Below, piece by piece: positions 24,445 to 35,314 of a stretch of 64,000 nt of DNA. Made by a program: the position numbers and the translations under genes. Origin of the DNA: Minisyncoccota bacterium (GTDB lineage: Bacteria; Actinomycetota; Actinomycetes; Nanopelagicales; Nanopelagicaceae); assembly GCA_035530615.1 (NCBI GenBank), contig DATKUL010000002.1, positions 948,322 to 1,012,321 of the forward strand. Reading direction: 5' to 3'. The notes beneath the pieces are model-generated. The model was not told where the DNA came from. It saw nothing but the letters and a program-made list of their open reading frames with translations, and ran no database searches. Position 1 is the first letter of the stretch. Each line of letters opens with the position of its first letter.

Positions 24445-25587
24445 TCACCGAGAGGGCGTAGATCCAAGAGTGACTTTGAAAGTCTTCGAGGGTCCCGTTG
24501 GAAGATCGACTGTCACTGAGATGACCTCACCGGGTGCGTACGAAAGGATTCTGGCAATAGCGGAAACTGAATCTGCAATTCGCAGCCCATTGATGGAGCG
24601 CACGACAGATCCATTTGGGATCCCTGCCTTTTCTGCGCCTCCTCCTGGCGTAATCGCATTAATAAGCGCGCCAATGCCCTGATAAGAATTATTGAAAGAA
24701 ACGCCTAAGAGTGGCCTAGTGGATGCACCCGTTGTTATAAGTTCATTGGCAATTCTCTTTGCTTCATTTATCGGAATGGAGAAGCCTAAGCCTATGCTGC
24801 CGCTTGTGCCACCAGAGGAGAGTGTGGCAATGGCTGCATTCACTCCAACCATCCTTCCCTGTCCATCCAGAAGCGCCCCGCCTGAATTGCCAGGATTAAT
24901 TGCCGCATCGGTCTGAATCGCATCGATGTACGTTTCGACTCCAGTGTCCCCCGCAATTATCGCTCGATTGAGTGCTGAAACAATTCCACTCGTCACCGTA
25001 CTTGCCAATCCCAAAGGCGAACCGATCGCCACTACAGGATCTCCAATGCTCAACTTAGATGAATCACCGAAGGGAATCACAGGGAGATTTCCTACAGCAA
25101 CCTTGAGGACCGCTAAATCATAAATTGGATCTTGCCCCACAACGCTCGCAGAATAAGTGTCACCATTATGAAGCTCCACGTTGATACCGCCAGCGGAGGT
25201 TGCCCCATCAACAACGTGGTTGTTAGTAAGAATGTAACTTGAACTTGAGTCAGTGCGGATGATGGATCCAGAACCTGTTCCGTTTCCCGATGCCGTCGTC
25301 ACGTAGATCGAAACTACGCTAGGGGTGGCAGCCGCAGCAATTGCCTTGACACTGAAACTACCGGTGCCAAGATCTACCGCGGTGCGAGTCTTCGCGCACT
25401 TACCGTCAGCGGAGTAGTACAACACTGCCGTCCTATTATCAACACAAGCTTTGATCACCGGCGAAGACGGCGTCACAGCAGTTGCCACACCGCCAGCAAT
25501 CGTGACTCCCAGAAGAAAACCAACCCCAATTTTCACTCCAGCTGATCGACTTAACGTGGTCTTCAGATTCTTCAGCATCGCAGGCAT
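24445..25587 (-). CDS. HtrA/DegP-like trypsin-type serine protease with a C-terminal PDZ domain, membrane-anchored
   Basis: N-terminal TM segment. Catalytic motifs TNNHVV (His), DLAVLKV (Asp) and GNSGGALLD (Ser). PDZ-like tail. Confidence 0.9.
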   Translation of the reverse strand: MPAMLKNLKTTLSRSAGVKIGVGFLLGVTIAGGVATAVTPSSPVIKACVDNRTAVLYYSADGKCAKTRTAVDLGTGSFSVKAIAAAATPSVVSIYVTTASGNGTGSGSIIRTDSSSSYILTNNHVVDGATSAGGINVELHNGDTYSASVVGQDPIYDLAVLKVAVGNLPVIPFGDSSKLSIGDPVVAIGSPLGLASTVTSGIVSALNRAIIAGDTGVETYIDAIQTDAAINPGNSGGALLDGQGRMVGVNAAIATLSSGGTSGSIGLGFSIPINEAKRIANELITTGASTRPLLGVSFNNSYQGIGALINAITPGGGAEKAGIPNGSVVRSINGLRIADSVSAIARILSYAPGEVISVTVDLPTGPSKTFKVTLGSTPSR

Positions 25588-25717
25588 ATTTCTTAACCTT
25601 TCAGAAGAGTTCTATGTGAGCAATTTAGCCAATTGGAGGGAAATGTGACCAAAAAAAGGCTGATAACTTAGTGAGAGTCTACTCAAGCGACCCCTCTGCC
25701 GAATGAGTTGGCGTTGA

Positions 25718-26608
25718 CTATGCCTGAACTATCCAGTCACCTTCTATCGCCACTTTGACCTGGGGGACAGGCGAAGGGGCTGGGCCACTGATAACTTTGG
25801 CATTGTTAAATGGATCATAGGTAGTTCCGTGGCAAGGACAGACCAATAATTTATCAGCAGGCGAATAACTGACTGTGCATCCCTGGTGCGTACATATCTC
25901 AGAATATGCAAATACACCATTGGTCGTCCGGAAAAGTATCGAAGGATTTCCATTCAGCGACACAAATTCGTGAGTCTGGCCGACTCCAAGTTTGCTCAAC
26001 TTAATAACGCGCCTGGGATCGGTGGTCGACACCACTTGCGAACCTACTTCAGTTTTAGTTCTAGAGAAAAAATGCACCAGGCCCGCTGCACCTACCGCCA
26101 CTACACCAATGGCGCCGACCCTCATCGCTCCACGCCTGTCGAGAGAGACATCCACTCGTCTGCGCCTGCCCACGAGCGTGAGCAAATAAGCAAGCCATAA
26201 AACTGCATAAGCACTGTCGCTTCCCAAGAAATACGGTTTTACGTGCCAGGTGGCCGCGATCCACAATCCAATGGACTGTGAAAAACCCGCGAGCGCTGCC
26301 AGCGTAGGGGCGACCCAGAAGAGGGTGGCCAGACCGATGGCGAATTCAGCGACCATGATGAAGGAGCCCACCGCAGTGGCATGTTCGATCATCCGTCTGA
26401 AGATAAAACCCAAGGGTGAAGTTGTGGCGTAGCCAGTTAATTGTCGTCCGATGTATGTCGCACCATTTGTCTGCAGAAAACCGGGATCTCTGGCCTTGTC
26501 CCATCCGGCATAAATCCACGTTACGCCTAACCAGAGGCGAATCACGCGGATTGCCGGACTTTGATTACGCCACGAAGAACGAATCGCACGAAGATTTGAT
26601 CGGGGCAT
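25718..26608 (-). CDS. Membrane (DoxX-like) domain fused to a Rieske [2Fe-2S] domain
   Basis: About 4-5 TM segments, followed by CTHQGCTV...CPCHGTTYD Rieske cluster ligands. Confidence 0.8.
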   Translation of the reverse strand: MPRSNLRAIRSSWRNQSPAIRVIRLWLGVTWIYAGWDKARDPGFLQTNGATYIGRQLTGYATTSPLGFIFRRMIEHATAVGSFIMVAEFAIGLATLFWVAPTLAALAGFSQSIGLWIAATWHVKPYFLGSDSAYAVLWLAYLLTLVGRRRRVDVSLDRRGAMRVGAIGVVAVGAAGLVHFFSRTKTEVGSQVVSTTDPRRVIKLSKLGVGQTHEFVSLNGNPSILFRTTNGVFAYSEICTHQGCTVSYSPADKLLVCPCHGTTYDPFNNAKVISGPAPSPVPQVKVAIEGDWIVQA

Positions 26609-26640
26609 TAACTAAGCGTAGGGGTCAATTAAGTGTTTTG

Positions 26641-26713
26641 CTCCCTGACTTGGACTCGAACCAAGAACCTGCCGGTTAACAGCCGGCTGCTCTGCCAATT
26701 GAGCTATCAGGGA
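26641..26713 (-). tRNA. tRNA-Asn (GTT)
   Basis: The reverse complement is TCCCTGATAGCTCAATTGGCAGAGCAGCCGGCTGTTAACCGGCAGGTTCTTGGTTCGAGTCCAAGTCAGGGAG. Anticodon loop CTGTTAA. Acceptor TCCCTGA/TCAGGGA. No encoded CCA. Confidence 0.9.
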
Positions 26714-26829
26714 CTACTGCAATGAATCTGGTTGGCAGTCGCAAACTCTAGCGCACCCTTACGAGTCCGCTAAATTAGCGACATTTCTCCCTATTTTTCA
26801 CACGTTAATCCTGGTTTTTATGGTGGGAA

Positions 26830-28659
26830 TTACAGATCGCCAATCGCCAAATCGTGCTGGGATCGACGAGCGGCCTCAAGGCCCACAAGTTCGGTGAAAA
26901 GTTCGGTGTATTGAGCCTCATGTGTAACGGGGTTGAGCCGTTGCAGAGTGGATTTTACCTCGGCTATTTTCCGGCTCATTGCCACCTCCCGGAGTCTGGC
27001 CACAATGCTCTCAACGTATCTCTGAGAAATCTCGCCATCAGTCCTGATGGGCTCCACCGACAATTCAGCAATCAATGCCTTCATGTATACGTCCTCTATC
27101 TGATCGAGACGTAGATCCGAATCCCCGTGCACATCAATGACATCTCTTAACTGCCGATAGAAAGGATGAGTGAATGCATCCTTCTCAATTTCTTTCCACC
27201 CTCTCACAAGGTCGGGCATTTGCAAGCGTGCCTTCAGGACTTCTCGCTCCAACGCCAATCGTGGCTCGTTTGGATCGGGTCTCCAATTTAGTTCCGGAAT
27301 TTGTTCGACAGTTTCCTTGGAAGGTGCCCGGACTCCCCGACCGACTGCGGCACTTACGGTCTCCACTTCGATCCCAAGCCATCCCGCGAGCAATCGGATA
27401 TATTCAGGTCGCAAGGATCTGTCGCGGATCTGCCCAATGAGCGGAGCGGCGGCATTGAGCGCATTAACGCGACCTTCTGCGGACTCTAAGTTGTGTTGCC
27501 TGAGTTCTGTTCGTATCGCGAATTCAAAAAGTGGAACTCTCCGAGCAATAAGATCACGAAGTGCAAGATCCCCTTTCTGTTGTCGCAGTTCGCTTGGGTC
27601 AAGCCCACTAGGTTCGACGGCAACAAAAGTTTGAGTAACAAACTTTTGATCGTCATTAAATGCTCGAAGTGCCGCTTTTTGTCCGGCCGCATCTCCATCA
27701 AAAGTGAAAATTACTTCGCCACGAAAAGCATCATCATCCATAAGTAACCGTCTCAAAATTCGGATGTGATCGGCACCAAAAGCCGTACCGCAAGTCGCGA
27801 TCGCGGTGGGAATTCCGGCCAGGTGTGCCGCCATGACATCGGTGTACCCCTCAACAATTACTACTTGTCTTTTCTTGGCAATCTCTTTCTTAGCCTTATC
27901 CAACCCGTAAAGGACTTGACTCTTCTTGTAAATGGCGGTTTCGGGGGTATTGAGATACTTGGGACCATTATCGACTTCGTCACTGGCCAACTTGCGGGCG
28001 CCAAACCCAACCACATCCCCCGAAATATCGCGGATGGGCCACATCAGCCGATTGCGAAAACGATCAATGGGACCTCGCTGCCCCATTTTCGAAAGGCCGG
28101 CCGCTTCGAGCTCGTCGATCGAATATCCCTGCGCGCGCAGATACTTAGTGAGCACATCCCAATCATCGGGTGCATATCCCACTTCAAAAGTCGCACACGC
28201 GCCCTGATCAAACCCTCTCTTTGTGAGAAGGTCTCGCCCGAACTGGGCAAGGGGTGATTCGTTTAACTGTTGTTGATAAAACTTGGCGGCGGCGGCATTG
28301 GCTGCAATCAGGCGTGAACGCTGTCCCGCGGGAGCACTTTTAACACCGCTGCCCTCGTCGTAGCGAAGCGCATATCCGATTCGATCCGCCAGTCTCTCGA
28401 CCGTCTCGGTAAATGAGAGATGATCCATCTTCATGACAAAAGCAATGACGTCACCACCAACTTGGCAGCCGAAACAGTGGAAATACCCTTTGCTGGGAGT
28501 GACGTGGAAGGAGGGGGATTTCTCATCGTGGAAAGGGCAGAGACCCTTTTTCTGACCTCCGCCGGCATTCTTTAATTGGATGTAATCCCCGACAATTTCA
28601 TCAATGGGCGCGCGATCGCGGATGTATGCAACATCCTCATCCTTTATCCGCCCGCTCAT
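26830..28659 (-). CDS. dnaG: DNA primase
   Basis: Zinc-ribbon CPFHDEKSPSFHV...FHCFGCQVGGD, TOPRIM (VIVEGYTDV..) and a C-terminal DnaB-interaction region. 609 aa. Confidence 0.95.
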   Translation of the reverse strand: MSGRIKDEDVAYIRDRAPIDEIVGDYIQLKNAGGGQKKGLCPFHDEKSPSFHVTPSKGYFHCFGCQVGGDVIAFVMKMDHLSFTETVERLADRIGYALRYDEGSGVKSAPAGQRSRLIAANAAAAKFYQQQLNESPLAQFGRDLLTKRGFDQGACATFEVGYAPDDWDVLTKYLRAQGYSIDELEAAGLSKMGQRGPIDRFRNRLMWPIRDISGDVVGFGARKLASDEVDNGPKYLNTPETAIYKKSQVLYGLDKAKKEIAKKRQVVIVEGYTDVMAAHLAGIPTAIATCGTAFGADHIRILRRLLMDDDAFRGEVIFTFDGDAAGQKAALRAFNDDQKFVTQTFVAVEPSGLDPSELRQQKGDLALRDLIARRVPLFEFAIRTELRQHNLESAEGRVNALNAAAPLIGQIRDRSLRPEYIRLLAGWLGIEVETVSAAVGRGVRAPSKETVEQIPELNWRPDPNEPRLALEREVLKARLQMPDLVRGWKEIEKDAFTHPFYRQLRDVIDVHGDSDLRLDQIEDVYMKALIAELSVEPIRTDGEISQRYVESIVARLREVAMSRKIAEVKSTLQRLNPVTHEAQYTELFTELVGLEAARRSQHDLAIGDL

Positions 28660-28661
28660 GC

Positions 28662-29888
28662 CTATGATTCTATCTGCGAGGAGAGACGAGCATGCAGGGT
28701 GTACGCACCTGGATCCGTAAGGGATGCAACCTGATCAACAATAACTCGCAGACGCTCATCATCATCTCCGGCCTTTCCCCAATCCGCCAAGAATATAGAG
28801 TCAAGGCTCGCTGGCGCACTTGCCAAAAGCATTTCCACCAGGTCGGAAATGACTACTCTCTGTTTGGCGTAACGCTCCTTCGCAATCGGCGTGCCGATGA
28901 GATAAAGACCCGCAACGGATTTGAGCAAACCTACTTCGATTATCTGATCGCGCGGAACTTCGAGATTCGCGTTATATCGAACCAGAGCACTGGTTCCATG
29001 TATTTGACGCGTTTCAAGTTCGGCGGCCAAGACAAAGCGTCCGATTAATTGACTGGTTAAATCCTTGATTCGTGCGAGTCCCGCATGGGTGCCATCGTAA
29101 AAAGTTGGCCAACAGGATAATTTCTGTAAGCGGTGGAGCGCGGCTTCAAATTCTGCTTCACTCGCATCTCCCGCATAATCATGAATCATCACTTCGAACA
29201 AGAGGTGCAGGTCGTTATCGAAATCAGCAACACTGACTTGACCCGCAACTAAGGCATCCTCAAGGTCATGAACGGAGTATGAAACATCGTCAGACCAATC
29301 CATGATCTGTGCCTCGATACAGCGTTGAAAGCCGGGCGCTCCTTCGCGCATCCACTTGAATATCTCCAGATCCTCTTTGTAGACGCCATATTTTGGCGAA
29401 CTTACTTCGCCAGACCAGGGATATTTGGTGACGGCATCAAGTGAAGCACGCGTGAGGTTAACACCGACAGAATTTCCAACTAGATCTAGGCTCTTTGCTT
29501 CCAGGCGGGTAAGCAAACGGAAACTCTGCGCATTCCCCTCAAAGCCACCCGCGCTCTGTGCGATGTGCGCAAGCGCGGCCTCGCCATTGTGCCCAAATGG
29601 TGGATGACCCAGGTCGTGGGCCAGACAAGCGGTATCGAGTAGATCAGGATCCGCACCAAGGGAGTCGCCTAATTCACGGCCAATCTGCGCAACTTCTAAC
29701 GAATGCGAAAGTCGAGTTCGTTGGAAATCATTCTCCCAAGGCACAGCTACCTGCGTCTTCGCTCCCAGCCTGCGAAGGGAAGCCGAGTGGATGACTCTCG
29801 CGCGATCGCGCATGAACTCAGTGCGTCCGGACCGCTTAGCAGGCTCGGAAATAAAGCGCTCCAGGTCATGACCACTGTAGGCACTCAT
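28662..29888 (-). CDS. dgt: dGTPase-like deoxynucleoside triphosphate triphosphohydrolase (HD domain)
   Basis: RTRLSHSLEVAQIGR...AHDLGHPPFGH HD motif. Conserved dgt-dnaG adjacency. Confidence 0.9.
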   Translation of the reverse strand: MSAYSGHDLERFISEPAKRSGRTEFMRDRARVIHSASLRRLGAKTQVAVPWENDFQRTRLSHSLEVAQIGRELGDSLGADPDLLDTACLAHDLGHPPFGHNGEAALAHIAQSAGGFEGNAQSFRLLTRLEAKSLDLVGNSVGVNLTRASLDAVTKYPWSGEVSSPKYGVYKEDLEIFKWMREGAPGFQRCIEAQIMDWSDDVSYSVHDLEDALVAGQVSVADFDNDLHLLFEVMIHDYAGDASEAEFEAALHRLQKLSCWPTFYDGTHAGLARIKDLTSQLIGRFVLAAELETRQIHGTSALVRYNANLEVPRDQIIEVGLLKSVAGLYLIGTPIAKERYAKQRVVISDLVEMLLASAPASLDSIFLADWGKAGDDDERLRVIVDQVASLTDPGAYTLHARLSSQIES

Positions 29889-29901
29889 AAAGGGAACTCT
29901 A

Positions 29902-30528
29902 TTACCGACTCAGGTGATCGCTCAGGTGAATCCCCCGTCGCCCAAGGGTGACGTAGGCAAGATAAGCCCCAGTTTCGCGGATGAGATAGTGGAGATTGAA
30001 ATGTGCCAGGGAATTTGCTCCGGTTCGCACGGGCGAACAACTGGGTTCTGCTCCCAGATCAGTCGCCATCGTCATAGCTCTTAAGCAATGGTACGGGTCA
30101 GTCACAATGATGACGGTGTGAATTTTCTGCTTCTTCATTTCGGCGATATATGCGCGAGTACTGACAAAGGTATCCCTACCTTTTTCGGTTGCGACGATTG
30201 TCCTTTTGGGGACGCCATGATTTTCGAGCCAGAACTCTGCAGATGCCGCTTCTGTCGTGCGATCGCCAGGAGCGCCTCCTCCGACGGTGATAATTGATGG
30301 AGCAAAGCCCAAGTCATAAATTCTCTTGGCCTCAACGAGTCGCGCAAGCAGCGCACCGCTGGGTCGTCCATCAAATTGAGCCGCGCCAAGCACAACAATT
30401 ACCTCTCCTGTTCGAGTTTTCGAATTGTGGGCAGCCATCCACACTCTCCCAAGTGTAAAAAGTGGGATTACCAAAGCAAGAAGAATGAGCGCGCTCAACA
30501 CCCTGCGAATTAGACGAAATCCGAACAT
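29902..30528 (-). CDS. YdcF/ElyC/SanA (DUF218) family membrane-anchored protein
   Basis: TM anchor followed by VIVVLGAAQFDGRPSGALLARL...ITVGGG, typical of DUF218. ATG 30528 lies 1 nt after the dus stop. Alternative starts at 30549 and 30561 overlap dus. Confidence 0.7.
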   Translation of the reverse strand: MFGFRLIRRVLSALILLALVIPLFTLGRVWMAAHNSKTRTGEVIVVLGAAQFDGRPSGALLARLVEAKRIYDLGFAPSIITVGGGAPGDRTTEAASAEFWLENHGVPKRTIVATEKGRDTFVSTRAYIAEMKKQKIHTVIIVTDPYHCLRAMTMATDLGAEPSCSPVRTGANSLAHFNLHYLIRETGAYLAYVTLGRRGIHLSDHLSR

Positions 30529-30529
30529 G

Positions 30530-31696
30530 TCACCCGCCCGAAAACGCATCTTCGAGTTCAATATGAACTAACTCATCAGGATCTTTAAGCCAACCATCTG
30601 GAAGTGTTACAGGTCGGCCGTGACTCGTGCGCCCGCGCGGCAGATTGCCAACATCAATTGGGTAAGGCTGATCGGTGAGTTGATGAAGTAGCGATCGCAG
30701 CTCCTCCAGCGAGGAGACCATTCCAAACTGACGGCGCAAATCACTTGGAACTCTAAAGCCTTTTAGATACCAGGCCATGTGCTTGCGCAAATCGCGGCAT
30801 CCCCGCTCCTCTGATTGGAAGTATTCAACAATCAATTCTGCGTGACGATACATCACCACTCGAACTTCAAAGAGTGTAGGCAAGTGACGATCCTCTTGTC
30901 CGTTAAATGCATTGACGAGATCGCGAAATAGCCACGGCCGGCCCAGACACCCTCGACCGACAACAACTCCGGCGCAACCCGTCTGCTCCATCATTGCGAT
31001 TCCGTCTGCTCCACTCCAAATATCGCCATTGCCGAGAACCGGAACGCCATCTGGCTTGAGGTGTTCGACCAAGCGACTAATTGCGCTCCAATCAGATTTA
31101 CCTTCATACATCTGCTCGGCAGTTCTTGCATGAAGGGCAACCCAATTCACTCCAAGATCGGCAGCAGACTTGGCAGCCTCCAAATATGTGTGGTGGTCTG
31201 TATCAATACCAATTCGCATCTTGACCGTGACTGGTATACCGAACGGGGTCGCTGCTTCGACTGCAGCTCCAACAATCGCGGAGAAAAGTCTGCGCTTGTA
31301 TGGAAGTGCCGCCCCGCCACCTTTTCGGGTTACTTTTGGGACAGGGCAACCGAAATTCATATCAATATGATCGGCTAGATCTTCTTTGCCAATCATTGTT
31401 ACGGCAGCACCCATCACATCGGGATCCACGCTATAGAGTTGAACTGATCGCGGCCATTCGTCTTCGCCTGGGGCGATCATTCTTAATGTTTCAGGGCGGC
31501 GCTCAATGAGCGCACGTGCCGTCACCATTTCGGAGACAAAAAGTCCAGCACCTTGTTCTCGGCAGAGTGTTCTAAAGGGCGCATTTGTTATTCCGGCCAT
31601 GGGCGCTAAAACAACTGGCGGATTTATTTCATAATCCCCGCTAGATAGTTTGAGCGTGAGAGGGGTTATGCCCCTAGCAGTCGTGGCGCTAGCCAT
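30530..31696 (-). CDS. dus: tRNA-dihydrouridine synthase
   Basis: [15 protein letters not shown], the FMN-binding TIM-barrel pattern ..[12 protein letters not shown].. and ..VKMRIG.. Confidence 0.9.
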   Translation of the reverse strand: MASATTARGITPLTLKLSSGDYEINPPVVLAPMAGITNAPFRTLCREQGAGLFVSEMVTARALIERRPETLRMIAPGEDEWPRSVQLYSVDPDVMGAAVTMIGKEDLADHIDMNFGCPVPKVTRKGGGAALPYKRRLFSAIVGAAVEAATPFGIPVTVKMRIGIDTDHHTYLEAAKSAADLGVNWVALHARTAEQMYEGKSDWSAISRLVEHLKPDGVPVLGNGDIWSGADGIAMMEQTGCAGVVVGRGCLGRPWLFRDLVNAFNGQEDRHLPTLFEVRVVMYRHAELIVEYFQSEERGCRDLRKHMAWYLKGFRVPSDLRRQFGMVSSLEELRSLLHQLTDQPYPIDVGNLPRGRTSHGRPVTLPDGWLKDPDELVHIELEDAFSGG

Positions 31697-33042
31697 GCCT
31701 CTACCTGATCGAGGGAAATACGCTCCTGCGCCATGGTGTCGCGATGGCGAATTGTCACTGCTTGATCAGCAAGGGTTTCAAAGTCAACCGTGATGCAAAA
31801 CGGTGTCCCGATTTCATCTTGTCGACGATAACGACGGCCAATCGCCCCTGCATCATCAAAATCGATATTCCAGATCTTCCGCAGTTGGGTTGCTAGATCT
31901 CGGGCCTTTGGCGAGAGATCTGCATTGCGCGACAGAGGAAGTACCGCGACTTTAACTGGTGCAAGCCGGTAGTCGATCTTAAGAACCGAGCGCTTCTCCA
32001 TTTCGCCCTTTGCATTGGGTGCCTCATCTTCGGTAAATGCATCCATTAAGAATGTCAAGGTTGCCCGGTCTACACCCAGCGCCGGTTCGATTACGAATGG
32101 AGTCCATCGCTCATTCTTCTCTTGATCAAACCACGAGAGATCTTTCCCCGAACTAGCAGAATGAGCTTTCAAGTCAAAATCTGTGCGGTTGGCAATACCC
32201 TCGAGTTCGCCCCATTCGGTACCGGCAAATTCAAATTTGTATTCGATGTCAACGGTCCGTTTGGAATAGTGTGACAATTTTTCTTTCGGGTGTTCGTAGA
32301 GCCTGAGTCGATCAGGATTTATTCCAAGGTCTGTGTGCCATGCATAACGCGTGTCCAACCAGTATTGGTACCAATCCTCGTCAGTGCCTGGTACAACAAA
32401 GAATTCCATTTCCATCTGCTCAAACTCACGGGTACGGAAAATGAAATTGCCTGGAGTAATCTCGTTGCGGAAAGATTTACCAATCTGGCCGATACCAAAT
32501 GGCGGCTTCTTCCGTGAAGTCGTTGCGACATTGTCAAAGTTGATAAAAATGCCCTGCGCAGTTTCTGGTCGCAAGTACGCGAGCCCGGACTCGTCTTCAA
32601 CTGGACCTAGGTAAGTTTTCAAAAGTCCGGAGAATTGTTTGGGCGCGGTGAATTGGCCTTTGTTGCCACACGCCGGGCAATTGATTTCGGCTAGGGATTG
32701 CGGGGCGCGTTTGTTCTTGGCTTCGAATGCCTCTTCAAGGTGATCAGCTCGATAGCGTTTATGACAGGCAGTACATTCAGTGAGCGGATCAGAGAAGGTC
32801 GCGACGTGTCCCGATGCTTCCCAGACTTCTTTCGCCAAGATCACGGATGAGTCCAGACCGACGACATCGTCGCGTCCAGTCACCATGGACTTCCACCATT
32901 GTCGTTTCACGTTGTTCTTGAGCTCTACTCCGAGAGGGCCATAATCCCAGGCCGCTCGTAGGCCTCCATAGATCTCACTGGAGGGGTAGACAAAACCCCG
33001 GCGCTTGGCCAGGCTCACTATTGTTTCTAAGCGATCGGCCAT
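31666..33042 (-). CDS. glyQS: Glycine--tRNA ligase (alpha2 dimeric class II type)
   Basis: [14 protein letters not shown]...WDYGPLG and class II motifs. ATG 33042 is 6 nt after GGAG. The track start 33054 supplies that SD. Confidence 0.95.
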   Translation of the reverse strand: MADRLETIVSLAKRRGFVYPSSEIYGGLRAAWDYGPLGVELKNNVKRQWWKSMVTGRDDVVGLDSSVILAKEVWEASGHVATFSDPLTECTACHKRYRADHLEEAFEAKNKRAPQSLAEINCPACGNKGQFTAPKQFSGLLKTYLGPVEDESGLAYLRPETAQGIFINFDNVATTSRKKPPFGIGQIGKSFRNEITPGNFIFRTREFEQMEMEFFVVPGTDEDWYQYWLDTRYAWHTDLGINPDRLRLYEHPKEKLSHYSKRTVDIEYKFEFAGTEWGELEGIANRTDFDLKAHSASSGKDLSWFDQEKNERWTPFVIEPALGVDRATLTFLMDAFTEDEAPNAKGEMEKRSVLKIDYRLAPVKVAVLPLSRNADLSPKARDLATQLRKIWNIDFDDAGAIGRRYRRQDEIGTPFCITVDFETLADQAVTIRHRDTMAQERISLDQVEAWLAPRLLGA

Positions 33043-33162
33043 GGCGATCTCCATTCCGGCTGGCTGTCGGCGGTAAGCAACCGATTTAGTTGCATCCTGT
33101 AGCCAAACTTTACTTGCTCACGGCGCTCTCACAATGCACCCGCTCGGCCCGCCCTTCTTTGG

Positions 33163-33183
33163 AAATGACAATCATTTTCATTT
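33163..33183. promoter_or_regulatory. Zur box (Zn-uptake-regulator operator)
   Basis: AAATGACAATCATTTTCATTT is an AT-rich palindrome of the TGAnAATnATTnTCA type, 17 nt upstream of the ZIP transporter ATG. The operon ends with a Fur-family (zur) gene. Confidence 0.7.
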
Positions 33184-33199
33184 CTGATACCCTTACCTC

Positions 33200-33946
33200 A
33201 TGAATCTTTCGATTGCTCTGGCAGCTGTGACTGCCCTTGCAACTGCCCTCGGTGGCTCCCTTGCACTTCGATCGCGGGATCGCCTTCATCTCACGCTGGG
33301 CTTAGCTGCCGGCCTCCTCCTTGGCCTTGTTGCCTTCGACCTAATGCCCGAGGTTTTTGCCATCAATACCGACACTTTTGGCAATGTTCCAGTGGTCTCC
33401 ATTGCCTTTGTAGCGGGATTCTTAGCACTCCACTTTACTGAGCAACTCTTTGGCTCTCACGAACCACTTGAGTCTGAGTACGGCCATGAGCACCAGCACA
33501 GCGCCAATGTCGCCGGAACCTTAGGCGCATTTGCGATGGGCGGTCATGTCTTCCTGGACGGCATCGCCCTTGGCTTCGCCTTTCACATTGGAAATCCGTT
33601 GGGTTTCGCAGTCTTTGTGGCGATCCTGGCACATGCATTTAGCGACGGATTAAATACCGTCTCATTTCTCATCAAAGGTGGTCGCTGGAGTCGAAAAGCA
33701 ACCTATCTGCTGAGCGTGGATGCGATCATGCGAATAGCCGGTGCCGCCCTCGGTAGTTACATCACGATCAGCCTTCCCTTTCTCGGTATCTACCTGGCAC
33801 TTTTCGCAGGGTTCGTGATCTATCTGGCGACATCCCACATCCTGCCCGAGGCTCACTCTCGACATCCCTCTCGATTGACCATGCTGGCCACAGTGTTGGG
33901 AGTCCTCATTATGTGGGCGGTTGTTGGGCTTGTAGGCCGAGTATGA
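33200..33946 (+). CDS. zupT: ZIP-family divalent metal (Zn2+) transporter
   Basis: About 8 TM segments, a His-rich loop SEYGHEHQH, and HVFLDGIALG / HAFSDGL ZIP signature helices. Confidence 0.8.
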   Translation: MNLSIALAAVTALATALGGSLALRSRDRLHLTLGLAAGLLLGLVAFDLMPEVFAINTDTFGNVPVVSIAFVAGFLALHFTEQLFGSHEPLESEYGHEHQHSANVAGTLGAFAMGGHVFLDGIALGFAFHIGNPLGFAVFVAILAHAFSDGLNTVSFLIKGGRWSRKATYLLSVDAIMRIAGAALGSYITISLPFLGIYLALFAGFVIYLATSHILPEAHSRHPSRLTMLATVLGVLIMWAVVGLVGRV

Positions 33947-34308
33947 GCAAATCATCAGGCCGAGTACTCACCACCTTGAAACGTGCAGGTGGTTTTGCAA
34001 GCGCTCAGGAGGTCCATCAACTGATGACCCGAGAAGGTGAACGGATCGGCCTGACCACAATTTATAGAGCACTGCAGCATTTGCTCGATGAGAAGACTGT
34101 GGATCTCCTTCACAGAGAAGGCGGTGAAGCGATCTATCGACTCTGCGGTGAAGAGCACCATCACCACTTGGTCTGTAAGAATTGTGGTCGCACTGTAGAA
34201 ATAGCCGATAGCTCAATCGAAAAATGGGCAACAAAAGTTGCAGACGAACATGGGTTTCGCGACGTGGCTCATACCGCTGAACTTTTTGGAATCTGTTCAA
34301 CGTGTTAA
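33943..34308 (+). CDS. zur: Fur-family zinc uptake regulator
   Basis: The start at MSKSSGRVLT overlaps the zupT stop (ATGA). Winged-helix N-terminus, HHHHLVCKNCG...CSTC metal sites. Zur box upstream of the operon. Confidence 0.85.
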   Translation: MSKSSGRVLTTLKRAGGFASAQEVHQLMTREGERIGLTTIYRALQHLLDEKTVDLLHREGGEAIYRLCGEEHHHHLVCKNCGRTVEIADSSIEKWATKVADEHGFRDVAHTAELFGICSTC

Positions 34309-34358
34309 TTCCCGACTATCCAGAATAGTCAATTTCTGGAATTAAGTATTTTGGATAA

Positions 34359-34976
34359 CTATTTAATCTTCTGAACTTGTCCTCGCATGATTGCTGCAGC
34401 GAGAGCCTGATCTGGTCGAGGGTCAAAAATTTCTACTTGAATATCTTGACCTTTAATTCCTAGATAGACGTTCTTTGGATCCCGCGCATCGTAATAGACC
34501 GCGTTGCCATCCACGTTTACGAACCCAACTCCATTTGGAAGCGAGCCCGCTTTCTGTGTCACAGCGAATGCATTCGCTGAAACAAATGTCCCTACCTCTC
34601 GGTAGGAAAGTTGTAGATCGCTTGCAGATACTCCTGCAGGCACATATCGGAGTGAAATACTGGTTAAAACGGCTGCGTTGAGAACGTACTTAGCACCACT
34701 TTCTGGACCAACCCAATAGACATTGAGATGGTTGGTGCGAACAACCTCCCGGAGTTGTTGCGCATCTACTGCTTTGCCGCCATGCAGAATAAGGAGCACC
34801 TCCTCAGAGGCACTACGTTTGGAATTAAAATAATATTCCGCGCCAAAACTAACCGTGGAAAAGAGCAGGGCAGTAACAACGTAAGGTACAACGCGACGAA
34901 ATCTCGCCTTCTTCACGGGTTCGTAAATACCCGTGACTTCCCGTATGCCGCTGTCGAGCATTGGGTCCTCCCCCAC
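34359..34976 (-). CDS. Uncharacterised membrane-anchored protein (family P, copy 1)
   Basis: Short cytoplasmic tail ending RFRRVVP, one TM segment, and a ~150-aa extracytoplasmic domain. It is clearly paralogous to 35315-35956 (..VYW.GP..GA.Y.L....T....RY.P.G......Y...GT......A..VT......N.V.F.N.DGNAVYY....PN.VY.G..G.D.QVEIFDP). Confidence 0.7.
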   Translation of the reverse strand: MGEDPMLDSGIREVTGIYEPVKKARFRRVVPYVVTALLFSTVSFGAEYYFNSKRSASEEVLLILHGGKAVDAQQLREVVRTNHLNVYWVGPESGAKYVLNAAVLTSISLRYVPAGVSASDLQLSYREVGTFVSANAFAVTQKAGSLPNGVGFVNVDGNAVYYDARDPKNVYLGIKGQDIQVEIFDPRPDQALAAAIMRGQVQKIK

Positions 34977-35314
34977 CTTAAACTTGATGTTTCGCCCCCT
35001 CCTTCCCTTTTTCGCGGACGGGTTTAGTTAGTAGGAACTCACGGTTTCTCCACTGCAATCGAACATGCATACTCATCTACCCAAGATAAGGGACGTACGC
35101 GATTGGCGAGAAATCCGATTCCGTCACCTTGCTCGTGGACAAGCGGAAGAAGCCATCTCCCCAACGTGTGATGGACTTATCAGATCCAACACATATAGTG
35201 CTCATAGCATACCAAAGCGAATGAAATCATTACTAGATAGTAAACCACATTCGGGACCGATCAAGGACTAAGCGTTATAGAAACTTTACAAATGGTAAAG
35301 TTTAAGATGACATA

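Noticed and set aside
26854-28257. Multiple + strand track ORFs inside dnaG, e.g. 27170-27634 and 27766-28257.
   Set aside because: All are antisense to a full-length, motif-rich primase gene. They are Ser/Arg/Pro-rich, as is typical of antisense frames in moderately GC-rich coding DNA.
33055-33160. A T-box or other leader upstream of glyQS.
   Set aside because: Only about 100 nt are available. I see no specifier-loop/T-box (AANNNGGGTGGTACCGCG-like) sequence on the minus strand.
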